Positions 1 to 13,564 of a stretch of DNA of 64,000 bases are shown here, piece after piece. Made by a program: the position numbers and the translations under genes. Position 1 is the stretch's first letter; the number at the start of each line of letters is the position of its first letter. The stretch is from contig CT868452.1 of NCBI GenBank assembly GCA_000165425.1, positions 248,001-312,000 on the forward strand. Reading direction: 5' to 3'. The notes beneath the pieces are model-generated. The model searched no databases. It saw only the letters and a program-made list of their open reading frames with translations, and was not told the DNA's origin. The stretch is from Paramecium tetraurelia (taxonomy: Eukaryota).

Positions 1-554
1 AATGAGCGCTCTATCCAAGTTGGCAAGATACACTAACATAATTATAAAATATACGGTCCATTAGTTACAACTTCTTACATAATTTCTATTTGTCCATGTA
101 GAGTTCCATAAGATGAAATTGTGTATATGTAATAATTGTGTTGTGCCCAACAACCCATTCCATCAAAACAGTTTTTACATAGGGACATTTCATTGCATTC
201 CTCCTTTTTGGCAACATAATTTGTGCATGTTTCGTCAGATATCCAATTGTCTTTAATATATTAATATGCATTTAATGCAGATCCAGAAGTACAACCATCA
301 GATTAGGTATCACATGAGATTAACACTTAAGGTGATAGGACTATTTCAGGAAATGCAGCATTTCTCTTTATTTTGATTCTATCACTCAATGCACCTGTCA
401 CTGCAAATGCCCATCCTCCATTACAAAATTGAGGCGAATTCTGATTTCTAGTGTAAGTTAAGAAGTTTTTGCCATCAACATCTGCCCAACTGAAATTTTC
501 AGATATTTTGAATGCATTGCAAATTACTATTCCCAATAAAAAGAGTTTGATCAT
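1..554 (-). CDS. Cathepsin Z/X-like papain-family (C1A) protein, secreted; catalytic Cys replaced by Gly; runs off the window start
   Basis: Signal peptide then ENFSWADVDGKNFLTYTRNQNSPQFCNGGWAF...ALSDRIKIKR...LSPQVLISC...GCTSG...ISDETCTNY...EIMQEVVTNGP (code 6; 21-nt intron near 33-53). Confidence 0.9.
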
Positions 555-829
555 TTTTTAATTTTTTGTAAACTTTATTTATCAGAATTTCTATGATATG
601 ATTATATAATATTGATTTTCTTAATATATCAAATATCCACCTATATCATGGAATTCAAAAACATTTGAACTCAAGTTTTAATAAATTTTCTGATAACCAG
701 ATGTATTAGTATGTAAGAAGTAATAACCATTTAATGTAAAAAAGCAACATATCCTTTTATATTGGACTATCAAAAGAATGATATAGAGATATAATATTAA
801 TGAGGTTTCTAGTTTATTATATAATTTTA

Positions 830-2249
830 ATGTAAACATAACCAGATCATGAATATCTGAATACTTAGGCAAATTAAGGACAAGAACCTATGAATAACAA
901 GGCTCCTTTTTTGGATCTTGATTCTTCTGGGGATGCTTTGGAGGATGGCAGAGTGACTAATCTCAGTTTTCAACGGTATTGATGTTTGGATGATAGTGAT
1001 TAGATTTAGAATGATGGATTTAAGTTTCTTTGTATTCAACCTAATTGGGACTGGTTTAACCGTAATAACTTTGGAATTGATCCATTATGATCAAGAAAGA
1101 GAGGCACGTAAGGTGATGTTGTGGGTGATATTCATATCAAATTTAATTTTGATGGGAATAGTGGTAGTAAGAAATGCAGCTAAATTGAAATGGAGAGAAA
1201 GTAAAGGAGATATGTATAGTGGATTTAGTATCGAACCATTGGAAACATCTTTGGAGATATTAATAATAGCAGCATCTCCTTTACCATTTTTGGATGACTA
1301 TAGTTTCTAATTTGAAAACGATTTCGTTGAAGGTGAAGTAATGATATTGAGTTTAGGTAGGTCTATTACTATGCAAATGAATTGCTTTGTCTTACTCTAG
1401 CCTTTCGAGTAATATTTTTTATTCGCACAACCTTATTGAATTCTTATTGGCATTCGAATAGGACGGATAGAGTTTGTAGTCTATATGCAAGTTAAGCAGA
1501 TTACATGTTCACTATAAAATCTCTAATGAGGTAAGATATACATTAAAACTCTTGAGGAATCAACCATTTACAGTAAATTATAGTGCAATGATCTTGCTAA
1601 TTGTGGTTTTCGGATATTGTTTGAGAATATGTGAGAGTCCACTTAATCGTATAGACATAAGTTCAAATGATTTTAGTAGTTATGCAAATTCAATGTGGTG
1701 TGTAATTGTAACTAGTACAACTGTAAATTGCTTATTCTAACAATTGCATAGTTAGGATATGGTGACTATTATACCAGAACATTATTGGGACGTATAGTAA
1801 TGAGTGTAGTTTGCATATTGGGTAACTTTGTGGTTTCATCAATGATTGTCATAATTACAAATGAGTCATATTTGTCAACATTAGAGAATAAGGTGGTAAT
1901 TTTGATAGACAGATTGAGTTTGAAGAAACAGATGCAATAGGAAGCTGCCATGATAATCACTGTGTTTGGTAGGATCTATTATGCAAAGAAGTATTATATT
2001 CAATATTTGAGACATCTCGATTTTTCAGAAGAGTAGTTTACTGAGATGAATAAGAAAATGAAGAAGTATGCAATGTAATTAAAATTAACCACTCGTAAAT
2101 ATGTGGCAGCAAGGGCTTTGGGCAGTCAATTAGAAGAGATCAACAGTGGTTTCAATTCATTGAAAGAGAATCTGAAATAAACATCACAATTATAAGAGGA
2201 TTTGATTAAAGCAAATGAAAATCTTATTAATAAAATTGATAATAAGTGA
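830..2249 (+). CDS. Small-conductance Ca2+-activated K+ channel (SK/KCNN-like)
   Basis: TM segments, LRICESP, FSSYANSMWCVIVTSTT|LGYGDYYTRTLLGR pore split by a tiny intron; TGA at 2247-2249. Confidence 0.85.
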
Positions 2250-2270
2250 ATATTATTGCTATTATAATCT

Positions 2271-2516
2271 ATGGGTTGTGGAAGTTCAATGGTGAATGTA
2301 CACACCAATTCCAATCGAAATAAATCTCAAGAAACAAAACATCATCAAATCGATGTGTATTTTAGGGAATAATCTGTATAAAAAGAGAAGACAGTCACAA
2401 CAATAAGAGAGGATAGTCATTTTGATGAAGATTGGTCATAATTTGGATAGAAACTAAGAAAAGAAAAAATCTAGCAAACCAAAAAAAGCTGCTTTTTGAT
2501 ATTATTATGTTATTGA
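2271..2516 (+). CDS. Small (81 aa) protein with N-terminal MGCGSS dual-acylation motif
   Basis: Open code-6 frame from ATG 2271 to TGA 2514-2516; MGCGSSMVNV...KKSCFLILLCY. Confidence 0.6.
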
Positions 2517-2523
2517 TTATCTA

Positions 2524-3182
2524 TCAATGATGACTTTACAAATTCCAAATATTTGGTTCCTCTATTACATCGTATTTATGATATTCATGTTCAGTAATGA
2601 CACCACTTTGTTTAATTACAACAGACTTTTTTGGAGCACCAGATAATCCACCTAAAAATGGAATCACTTTTGTATTACCTAATTTCTCTATGGCTCTCAC
2701 ATGCTATATACCATAGATTACTTCTCCAAATGCAACTGACTTTTTGTCGAGCCATTCAGCTGGACCCAAAGTAATTATGAAACCAGCATCATTGCTATTG
2801 ATTTTAGGATTTGAAGTTGTAAGCAATCCTGCTCTGTTATGTTTGATACTGTAATTTTCATCTGGGAATGTTCTTCCATAGATAGATCCACCTAATGCGC
2901 CACCCCAAATTCCTCTGAATGGTAGAATCTTATTGATTTAAGATCCCTCATAATGAAGCTTCTTGCCATCTACTTAAACCCCCTGAGCAATTCTCAAGAA
3001 ATTAGTTGCTGTCTTTGGAGCTATATTATCAAAGAGCTTATTTATTATTGATTTATACATACCTAGAATACTATTCTACCTAATGGAGTGCCACCCACAT
3101 CAACATCAAAAAATACTCTTGTGAGTGGATTTGGATGAGCAGGTGGGACTGATATGGGGAATATTCTTCCAATTCTAAACAT
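2524..3182 (-). CDS. Cyclophilin-fold protein with degenerate PPIase site, possibly mitochondrial
   Basis: RVFFDVDVGGTPLGRIVFQ|LFDNIAPKTATNF...SIYGRTFPDENYSIKHNRAGLL...WLDKKSVAFGEV; two tiny introns. Confidence 0.9.
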
Positions 3183-3238
3183 TTGTATAATAATAATAAT
3201 AAATTATTTATCAATTTTATTGATTTTTATATATTTTA

Positions 3239-6200
3239 TCACTTTTTGGTAAATATTTACTTAAGCATATCTTCCAAAGTTATTATATAATTCATATAAC
3301 CCTATAAAATTGAATAAATAAATACTCTAAGTTCTTTGTCTTCCTTAAATAGTAATGGACATAGTTCATTAGACTTTACTTTCACATTCTTTTAAGCGAT
3401 CAAAGTGGAAGCATTCTCTGAAACAACAGCTACATTCAATCTAACGATCAAAACATTTGAATGAACATAGAATTAAGTCTAACCGAATCTGAAGATAGCA
3501 TCCATTCCCTCTAATTTATTTGATTTGATTGGGAACACCTATAAATAATTACTAATGAGTTTTACAGAATTTTAATGGACTTCATTAATTTCGACATAAT
3601 AGAATCTAAACTTATCCAACTCATTCTCTACAATTAAATCTCCAATCTTCAATAAGATCTTCTTCAATAATGCCCATTCACTCAACATGCTTGTAGTAGT
3701 TGACAATTTGCATCCTAAAATAAATCAAATTGATAATTACTTTTTCCTGTAGTTTATTGAAGTATTCTAGTTAATTTGAATAAAATAATTTCAGTGAATG
3801 ATAACACATTGAATGTGAATTTGAGTTGATGACTCAATTGGATTTGGACTTTACTGAATAAATATTCAATCATGAAGAGAGGATGTGCTTCTGCTGAGTG
3901 AATAATTTTATATTCTTCTGTTGATCCTTTATCTCTCTTCAACTTGCTTCTAATTAATGGCCATGATACTATTTGTGGAGCTACATCCCTTAAGTTTTGC
4001 AATTCCTCTTCACTTGGTGATTGAGTGATGAAATCATCCAATGATTATGCATACGAATTCAAATCATACTATAATTAATTGTATTTCTTACACAAGCTTA
4101 TTAGATTATTGACAATTGATCATATTTCTAATTAAATTGTTCCTCAGTCATAACATCGGGAATGTATTAATAGACTTATAAATTAACAATTGGGTATAAT
4201 TCTGGGAATGATTGATCAACTTGGATGCTTTGTTTATACTAGGTATTTCTTTATCTTGGTTAATAGTTACTGTATGGAACAGCTAAATATATTATTAAAT
4301 AAGATTACGATATAATTTATCTTGATACTTCAATTTGATATCTGGTCTAATTCTAGAACTATACAATATCCAATCTTAATCACAGATTTTTACAGGATTT
4401 TCGAAATCATTGCTTTCAGTCTAAACTATGCCATCTCTTAATGCTTTCAATATTAAAAGATTATTTCCAGTTTCTTTATTTTAAAATAGATTTTTGTAAA
4501 TTTCCAAATTCATAATTGTTTGATCTAAATAGAAGTTTTAAGCATAATGCAATTCTTAATATTCTCTAAAGTTCTCCTTTGTTAATTTAGTCTTCAATTA
4601 GATGTAATCAATATTGTCTGATCCACTCAATTATGCCACCTTGAATTGTGGATAGGAACATAAATTATTGATGTGTTCCAAGTAATTTTCATAATAAAGA
4701 GTATCTATGCATTTGACAACTTCTTCAACATTCTTCTAGTATAATTGAGTTACGGGGTATGGATTATTAGGCGCAGTGCCTTTCTAGATGTTTAAAGTGA
4801 CTTCAAAATAGAAGGTTTCTTGATTTTTTTTAACAGTTTAATTTTGATTACTATTTTAATCTGGATTCTGAGGATTTTGATTATCAGAGTTTTGAGAATT
4901 TTGGTTTCCACCATCAGGGTTCCGAGAATTTGAATTTTGATTTTCCGCAAATTGATCATTAATAGCTGGTTATCTACTCACTTCAACGCTTTATTAAATT
5001 TCTTAATTGTCTTATTAATTATCTTATTAATTTTCTTATTAATTATCTTATTAATCATCTTATTAGTTATCTTATTAGTTTTCGTTTTATTTTTCTTTTT
5101 ATTTTTCTTATTTAAGTTCAACATTAACAATTTCTCTCTTGTATTCATAGATGATAGGTTCTAATTTATTAGTAACCTTGAATTTATAGTGGAATTTAGG
5201 TTTAACTAAGAAGTCAGGATTCACAAAACTATCTTCTTCATAATATGACAATGGTGTAATGTTTTATTGCAATTTCTTTCTTTCTACATAGACGAACTGT
5301 TAAAATTTTCTAGTTTGCTTTAATATCTGTTTACAATAGTTAAGAATGCACATAAGATTGATCCATTTGTCATTTGTGAATTGCTATTGATTTTAATTTG
5401 CTCTATTATTTTCAAAGAATTTTTGTAAGAAATCTCCACTTATTGTTTTGGTTGTTAGTTTAGAGAAGTATTTGACTAATTCCATTTACAACTTTTGATC
5501 TTTTTCTAATGTATATGGTGCAACTGATTTCTTAAATTTGGATAAACATTTGTAAGCAGGATTATCCATCAATTTGTCAATATACATTTGATAATCTTCA
5601 AATGGAACTTAAAGGAGAGATCCAATTAAAGCTTAATAAACTTCACTGGAATCAGAATGTCTTTTCTATTCATTCTATGTTAGTACATCCTTCACATGTT
5701 TAATATCTTCAATTTGTTGTTATTTCAACTCCTTGAATCTCAATTCTGCTTATTCTACAAATTACAGATTAAATGGTTCCTTAAATCCATCTTTCAATAA
5801 TCTAGCCTTTATGACAGGATCAATTTCCTTTGGAATTTATGGGGAACTGATAACTTAAAATTTAATCAAATAGTTCTGAATCAATCTAAATATGTCATCA
5901 CTAGTTGTTGCAAATAATATCAATTATAAGAAAATCTAGAATTGTTATTGACTGCTGCATCCATTTCTAATTATTTTTCTCAAACTCTTATCTGACTCAA
6001 CAAACTTTTAATCTTTGAGTCCCTTGTCCCTTTTCACATTTACTTTGATAAGCTTATATTTCTTTTCTTTATTAGGAGGTTTTGCATCAGGTGCCATTTT
6101 AACAGGTTCTTTTTCAGGTTCTTTTTCAGGTGCCTTTTAAACAGGTCCTCTTCTATCATCAACTCTCTAATTGACTACTCTCTCTTAAACAACTTATTCC

Positions 6201-9200
6201 ATTTTAGGAGCTTCATCTAGGTTTTATTATTCTTCTTCTTGATTCTCAACGCTAGCCAATTTTTAGTCTGCTTTTTGTACACTTAATAATTAAGGGGCTT
6301 ATTATTTTTCTTAAACTAGTTATTAATCTTATTCTTATTATTCTTCTTATACCTAAGGAGCTTAATTTTCTTCTTTATTATCTGCTTCTTTTTCTTCCTC
6401 ATTATCAGTCACCAATTATTCAACTTCATCGTATTCGGTTTTGTTATCCTCAACCTTTTAATCTTCTTCTTATTCCCCTTCACCTTCTAATCCTGATTTT
6501 AAGTACTTGTCTATTGTTTTGAAATACATATCTAAAGCTTGATTGATTAGTTTTGGTTCAAATAATAGTACTGATTTTATGAAGATTATACCTAGTTCAA
6601 ATTCCATTTAGAATCCAATGAATATTTAATTATCCTTGTTTAACTTCTCCTCATACCAAAACATAGGGAAATTCAAAACATAAAAATACATTTCGTGATC
6701 ATTATAAACTAATTTACGTAGATTGTCCTAAAATTCCACTTTGTCAATTAAAAATTCTAATTATTTACTGGGTATCAACAATTTGTTAAGTAATGACGTA
6801 AATTCAGGATCATTTATAATTTGATTGTCCAATCTTTAAGGATTCTTAGGTGGTAAATACTCAACATATTGATCAATTGTAAATGCAGGTCTCTTAACTG
6901 GAGTTCTACGAATGTCATCGTTTGTAATCTCATTATCACCATCTTATACATAATTTGAAGGGAAACAGAATTTCACTCCCCTCTCAATGCCATTAATCTT
7001 TAATCTAGTTAATGCCTTTTATGGCTACTTCCTATCACTTATGGTGTTTTACCAGAATGGTGCCTGATGCTCAGACAATTACAAATATTCTTTGATGATA
7101 TTTAAGCAAGGAGAATTGATATACTTAGAATTTGATGAGATAAAACTAACCATAAGTTCATTTTCTAATTTAATCTAAGGTTTATCTGAACGATAGTGGT
7201 TCAATCTCAAATATCTATACATTCTGATGCAATTACTAATATAATTATATCCTTGTTATTCAAATTGAGTGGCCAATTATAAAAGTTGTTCATTTGTATG
7301 TAACATAAATCTGAATGAAGTGTAGGGTTCAACATCATGTACTTTGACCCTGAACCTATGCAAAGTATCGAAATATTCATAAAAACAGAAATAAGCAGCA
7401 ATCTAACTCAATGAATCCTATTTCATGTCATCCTCATCTTTTCCATCAGGTTGTTGTTCTGCCTCATCTCCACCTTCATTAACAGGTTGTGCCTAAACAA
7501 TCTCTGCTCTACCATCCGCTTTCTCATTATCCCCTTCCTACTTCTTGACTTATTTACTAGTTTTGTTTTATCCTTATGTTATGAAGGGAACAAAGGCCAG
7601 CTCCTTTCCTTTCAAGATTTACTTAAATAGAATATCATTTATCAATTTAGTATATGTTCTGAATCTCCTATGAAACATCAGACTTTCAAATAATCTCCTA
7701 TCAAATTTTTCCAATAATTCTTTTAAGTAACTTTTCTCATAAGGTAATTTAAATAACTCTGTAACTATCTCTTCACACTAAGCATCTGAATAGTTCTTAA
7801 TATACTGAGGTAGGTCAATAGTGGATAATACTTCATCCAATCTTCGTTTCTTAAATGAGGCAATAATATCTTTATAATAAGGTCTTTAATTCAACTTTTT
7901 GGTTTCGTCTTTTGATTTAACATATTTGGCGGCTAGAACCTATAAAGCTTTGTCTCTAAGTTATCTAGTTTTGATGAGTTCTGAAATTTGAATCAACTAC
8001 TCTTCAAACAATGATTTGATATCCAATTAATCAAATCTTTACAATACTTCACTTGCTAATTTAAAGATTATGACTTTCTAATCGTTGGGCATGTCTGGTT
8101 TTAGATATCTCACAATTCTATGAATTTTAGACAAGATATTTGCTTAAAATGCCTCCACATCCTCTTCTCCTGATAATAATTTAATGTTCACAGATTTGAT
8201 AATTCTATTAATTTGTTGTAAATAGGTATTTGCATTTTTAATTTGATAATGTTTTGCTAATACTGAGTTTCCAGGATCGATCACTCTAGAGACTAAACCA
8301 AGTAATATCTTGTTCTTTTCAATAGGTGTCATCTTACTAGAAGCTACTTAGAATAAGAGTTAATCCATGTTTTGAATACTATAGATCATCAAGACATCTA
8401 AAGTCTTTTCAAACTCATAGAAAGTATCACAAATTGGCATACCATATCTTTGATATTATTTAAGTAATTAGTTTAACACTTTCTTATATGATTATTATCC
8501 AGTTCCTTAATCATATGAGGTGAATATTGATCTAAAGTTTTATCTTTACAATGAAGATTTCCAATTCTTTAGATATCTAAACATTAAAACATCTTTTTCA
8601 AAGTTAGACTCAAACTTCTTCAAATTCAATCTTTCATTCTTTGTAAAGTGAGTTTTGAAAAAGTCGTCAAATTCTAATTGAATTGATTGAGTCATTTCAC
8701 TTAATTAGGATTAGACAGACAATGGAGTTCTAATCTAATCTAAAGCTTCTGGGAATTTTGGAATATCAACTTTAAACTTCTCCTTCTTTTCCTTGATAGC
8801 AGTCTTAAAGAAATAAACAGTTGGATCATATAATCTAACTTAAAATTCACTGGCAATATCTAAGTATTTACTAGCACTTTCAGGTTCAGCTTCTTTCTTT
8901 TTCTATTACTGACCCGATCTTGATTATTATTATTTCTAAGATTCAGGCTAATTTTATGCAGAAACTAATTATGGACCTCCTCCATCTCCATCATCTGGTT
9001 TGTTGTTATCACCTTCAACATTCTCTTCTTCTTCATCATCTTTTGGTTGTGGTTTTTTATATTATCTAAATGAAAGGTAGGATGTGGGAGAGAATATTTA
9101 TAAATTGGCAATGGTTGCAACTAGATGGATAGTTTATCTGATGATTTGTGCATCCTTAACATATGGTAAAACCTATTCTAGTTTCTCATATTGTCCATTA

Positions 9201-12200
9201 AGAGCAACTGATCTTAGAGTGTTTTCAATGTTGATGTATTGGATATTGTCCTTGATTGCAGAGATGAATCTTCTCACATCCAATATTGATGCCCAATTCT
9301 TTCCTTAGGCTTAGACGTAGGGATAAATCTTATTTTGATTATGGTATGTTCTTGCAGGCTTTGGAATTTCAATATCAATCAATGTGTGAATTTATTACAT
9401 AGACATATTCAATCTGAAGAAATCAATGTATCTTTATTTCCATCTTGAATCTATTTTGGATTCATTATTTCTAATCCACAATGCTACTTATTACTAAGTA
9501 ACACCAACAGACTTTCTAGTTTGGAATGAATTCAGAATAATTCCATGAACATGATTAGTAAAATTATCTGATTTGCCATTTGCCAAAGGTAATATCTTTT
9601 CTGCTTTATAGGTTAATAACAATTATTCAACCTACTTTTTATCAAGCAAATGTTTATAAGATCCATCTTCATCACTAAAAATCACATTAGAATCTACTGC
9701 CAATTCAAACTATTTGCGATCATATTCCGAATCTTATTCTTCTGCTCCTGCATTTTGATTTCCTTAATCTTTTGTTAATACCAATCTGATTAAATCTCTT
9801 AGTGGTTCTTTATCCTTGCATCTAGACAAAGCTTTAGCCAACTATTTGATATCCAATTTATCCAAACTTTAAACGGGGAGATCTGTCAATAAAATATTGA
9901 ATTTAATGGCATTGAAGAACTCGAGAATAGTGTTTGGATTGGAATCATATTGATGTTATAAGGGGTAATATGAAGATGTAATATTTGTTGGCATGGGTAC
10001 AACCAACAATTCAATGTATGATTAAGTGAACTCTCTTAATTAAGATAATAATTGGGAGGCTACTTATTCTAGTCTTTATGATCTGAGATTTCTGATCTCT
10101 AATAACATCAATGTCCAGATTTGGATTGTGTAAAGAATCTTTTGGTTCTATTCAGATTCTACATCTGCTGGGTCATAATTTGAATTTTATTTGATTTCAT
10201 CATACATTTATTATAAGATTGCAAACAACTTTTGTTATTACTTATGTTTGATTAATTATCGATAAGGTAAGTTGATATATCTGATTGTTTTTAATTCCTC
10301 AAATGGAGGTATCCATTTAATGAATCTGAATAGATCATCAAATTATTAGAATAAACTTTCAGGTAATTTACCAATTATTTAGGAAATCACAAATTGATTT
10401 TGTCTATCCCAAACAAATGATGACTTTGCTTTCTATTCTTATTGTTGTTCTTACCCTTCTTATCCTTCTTATTGTTATTAATTATTATTCTCCTCTTCAT
10501 CAATATTTGGAGTCAGCATTTGGCAAATGAATAAAGATGTACCGATTTCCCTTTAAACTCTATCCAACTTCTTTTTGCATTTTGATCTCAATAATTCTAA
10601 GTACAATCCTAGAGGTGTAAAATCTCCAGCTCTTAATTTCTGGGTTTTTAATGTCTCAAAATTAGATTCGTTGGATTCGTTAACCAATAATTCAATATTT
10701 CTTAAGAGATCCAACAAATCACTTTGATTAAAATCTGGATTTAAGAGTAAACAATGAATCAGATTTTTTTTATACTCCTTTTACATTGTTACGTGTTCAA
10801 ACGCCCTTCTAGCTGCCTAACGTTCTTTTCCTTTTTTATATAGATCATCTTCTGAAGGCTCTTCTTTTTTTTCTTCTTTTTTCTTGGCTCCCCCTTCGCC
10901 ACCATCTCCGTCTTCATCACCATTATCACCTCCATCACCTCCTTAATTATCATTATTTTATTCATTTTTCTTTTTCTCAACTTTGGGCACCCTTCCTTCA
11001 AATAATTCTTAATTTGGATCAAATTTGCTGAAAATGCTTTTTAACTAATCAGGATAAGCTGCAAAAAGAGATTTGATAACATCAAAAGGGGCTACTTCCA
11101 TCATTCTAGAAAATGGAGTAATTCCTTATTCATCAGCTACAAAGAACCATTCGGAATAATTCTCAAAAATTATATGACTCTTATTCCACTTTTATCTTCT
11201 TACTACTTCATGCATAATATTCTATCCCATTTATTTCAATTACAAGGAGTCTGATTTATCATCCAAATCCTTATTTTTTGGGAAGCATGGAATCTCAAAA
11301 TAAATAGACTTCTTAGCCTCAACATGTGCTTTCTTCAAAGCTCTTGTGAATTTAGTATTTATTTTAAAATTCTGAATCATTTTATTTAATTTACTCAACA
11401 CCATCACATGCTCATAATTTTTTGGATCAAAGTCTAAAAACAATATTAATCAATAGATTACTCTATAAGAAGGGAGGTGTATTAGATAATACATTCTCTG
11501 GAGCGTAAGAATAATTTTAGATCAATAGTGCAACTTCAGGCTTCTTTTCTAATGCTAAGATAAACTGAATAACTGATTTAAGATTTGTATTCTTTCTCAA
11601 ATGTTATCCAATATTTTAGAATAAATTATTGGAGAAACTTTCCAAATTCTAATCCTCCTCTCCAACAATCTTCAATTCTTACATGGCTTCCAATACTCCT
11701 GCTAGATCATCTGTAACAAGTAAAAAGTCCATTAAACAATCACCAAATTCTGAGCATTCAGTCAAAAGCAATTAATTAGCAGTACAACCCATTGTATATA
11801 AGGCCTCTTCAATAACCTTTCTTGTTACTCTCCCTTATCTGCTAAGATTTCTTATGTTCGTCTAAACTTCAGTAAATGCACCGTTTTTATCCAACTCTTT
11901 AATCATTGCCATTGTAGCATCAGCATGTTGTTTTCTCATATTTCTTGAGGTTGGTCTGGATCTACCATATTTATCTGGATCCGTATATTTTTCTTCGTAG
12001 ACAAGATGTAATTGTCCACATTCATCAGCAACTACTTCAATACTGCACTCAGCAACAATCTCTTATGAGACTTTGTCTATCTTCTCAATTAAAAGTTTGC
12101 CATTCTCATCTACATACCATCTGTATTCTTAGCCAGACATGGCAGCATCTATGGTTCTGTGTCTAGCCTTTTCTTCTTCAGTTCTTGGAGATCCTGGAAT

Positions 12201-13257
12201 TCCAGAGTGTTTATCTTTAATATAGTTTGATTTCAATACTTAATGGGATCTTCTCATGACCAAGTTAAATTAGTTAGAATTAGACATTACCAATATAGGA
12301 TTTTGTCTATTTCATAGTTTTGAACATTTCCTTCTCAATTTGAGTTTCACAAATGATTTTTGATTTAAAATCAAGGACTTCTCTTGCATTTTAATAATCG
12401 TTGTTTGATATATCAAATTATCCAACATATTTCTTAAGTTTAAGGAATAAATTACTTCATCGTTATTTTTTATTTTCCATAGTATTATATCAACTGGCTC
12501 ATATGCATTTCTAGTGTATACAAAATCTAACAGATCTTGTTAAGCTGCATCAAATTCTTTTGGAGTCGTCTTCATTAAACTCTTCTTGCGATAGATAGCC
12601 TCCCAACAAAACAATGAAGGAATCTTATGTAGATTTAGTCATTTATACCTTCTCATTCTTCTAGTTATATTCATTGAAAAATTTAAGTTTTTGGATACGC
12701 AATACACATAACACAGTATTATTGTTAAGCTTTGGTTCAATGGATCCGAATAACAATTGTGTTTGTGTCTTCTTGAACTGACCATTTGTCAATTAATTCA
12801 ATGACTTCAAATAAACTTAAAGTTTGGGTCCTTGCAATTATTGTTATTATTCTCCACTGACTCCTTTCCCAGTCCCTGGTGGTACAGATTCAGGAGTAGC
12901 TTCCAAACTATCTAAGGGCTTCAGTTTTTTCAGGCTTCTAGCGATCTCTGTGTTTTTGCCAACAACCACTTGTGGCTTAATATTCATGGATTAAGAAATT
13001 AACGATTGTGGGAAAACTACAGTGTCATTCTGTCCTTCTTTTCTATGAAATAAATGAAGTCTCTTACACTGGTAAACTCACCAATGAGTATATCATTGAT
13101 GAATTTTAATCCTTTGGAGCATTGGCTGTCTTAGGCAAAGGTTTCAACTCTCCAATCGACTATATTTATCAAATTAATAATTTACTTTTGTTACGTTTGC
13201 CTTCTGAGCCTTCTGCTCCTTAATTGATTCTGAATAGAGGAATTAAGACGGCTTCAT
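3239..13257 (-). CDS. Very large (about 3,200 aa) hypothetical protein with acidic Gly/Gln-rich linkers
   Basis: ATG 13257 (MKPSQFLYSES); code-6 frame continuous in all segments checked apart from tiny introns (e.g. near 13160-13185, 11435-11461, 4285-4308); TGA 3239-3241. Could be more than one gene. Confidence 0.6.
4995..5110 (-). repeat. 12-bp coding tandem repeat (QQDN-like units) in the giant gene
   Basis: Minus strand taa taa gat aat / taa taa gaa aat units. Confidence 0.7.
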
Positions 13258-13564
13258 TTGATAAACAGTTTTATTTTTTAATATAAAAATTAAAATCTTT
13301 ATTGATGTATTTTCAGCTATAAGAATAGGAATTTAAAACTAAACTAAATTTTTTTAATATTCATGCTATTTTACAATAACCTTCATATAGACATCCCATA
13401 AATTGAATTTTCAACAGCAGACAATCGTTATTACACTTTTTCAGAATTCATCAAATTCTTTGGAATTTACAAATTAATCTCAAAGACTTTATATAAAATT
13501 TTTGTTCAATTGATCAAATTTTGCAATTATAAACATAGATTTAAATTATATATTATTTTAATAA

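Noticed and set aside
4937..5164. Hydrophobic 75-aa plus-strand ORF
   Set aside because: Antisense of the QQDN repeat in the giant minus-strand gene.
12915..12940. Suspected frameshift at an A-run in the giant gene
   Set aside because: On recount the run is 6 nt and the frame is continuous.
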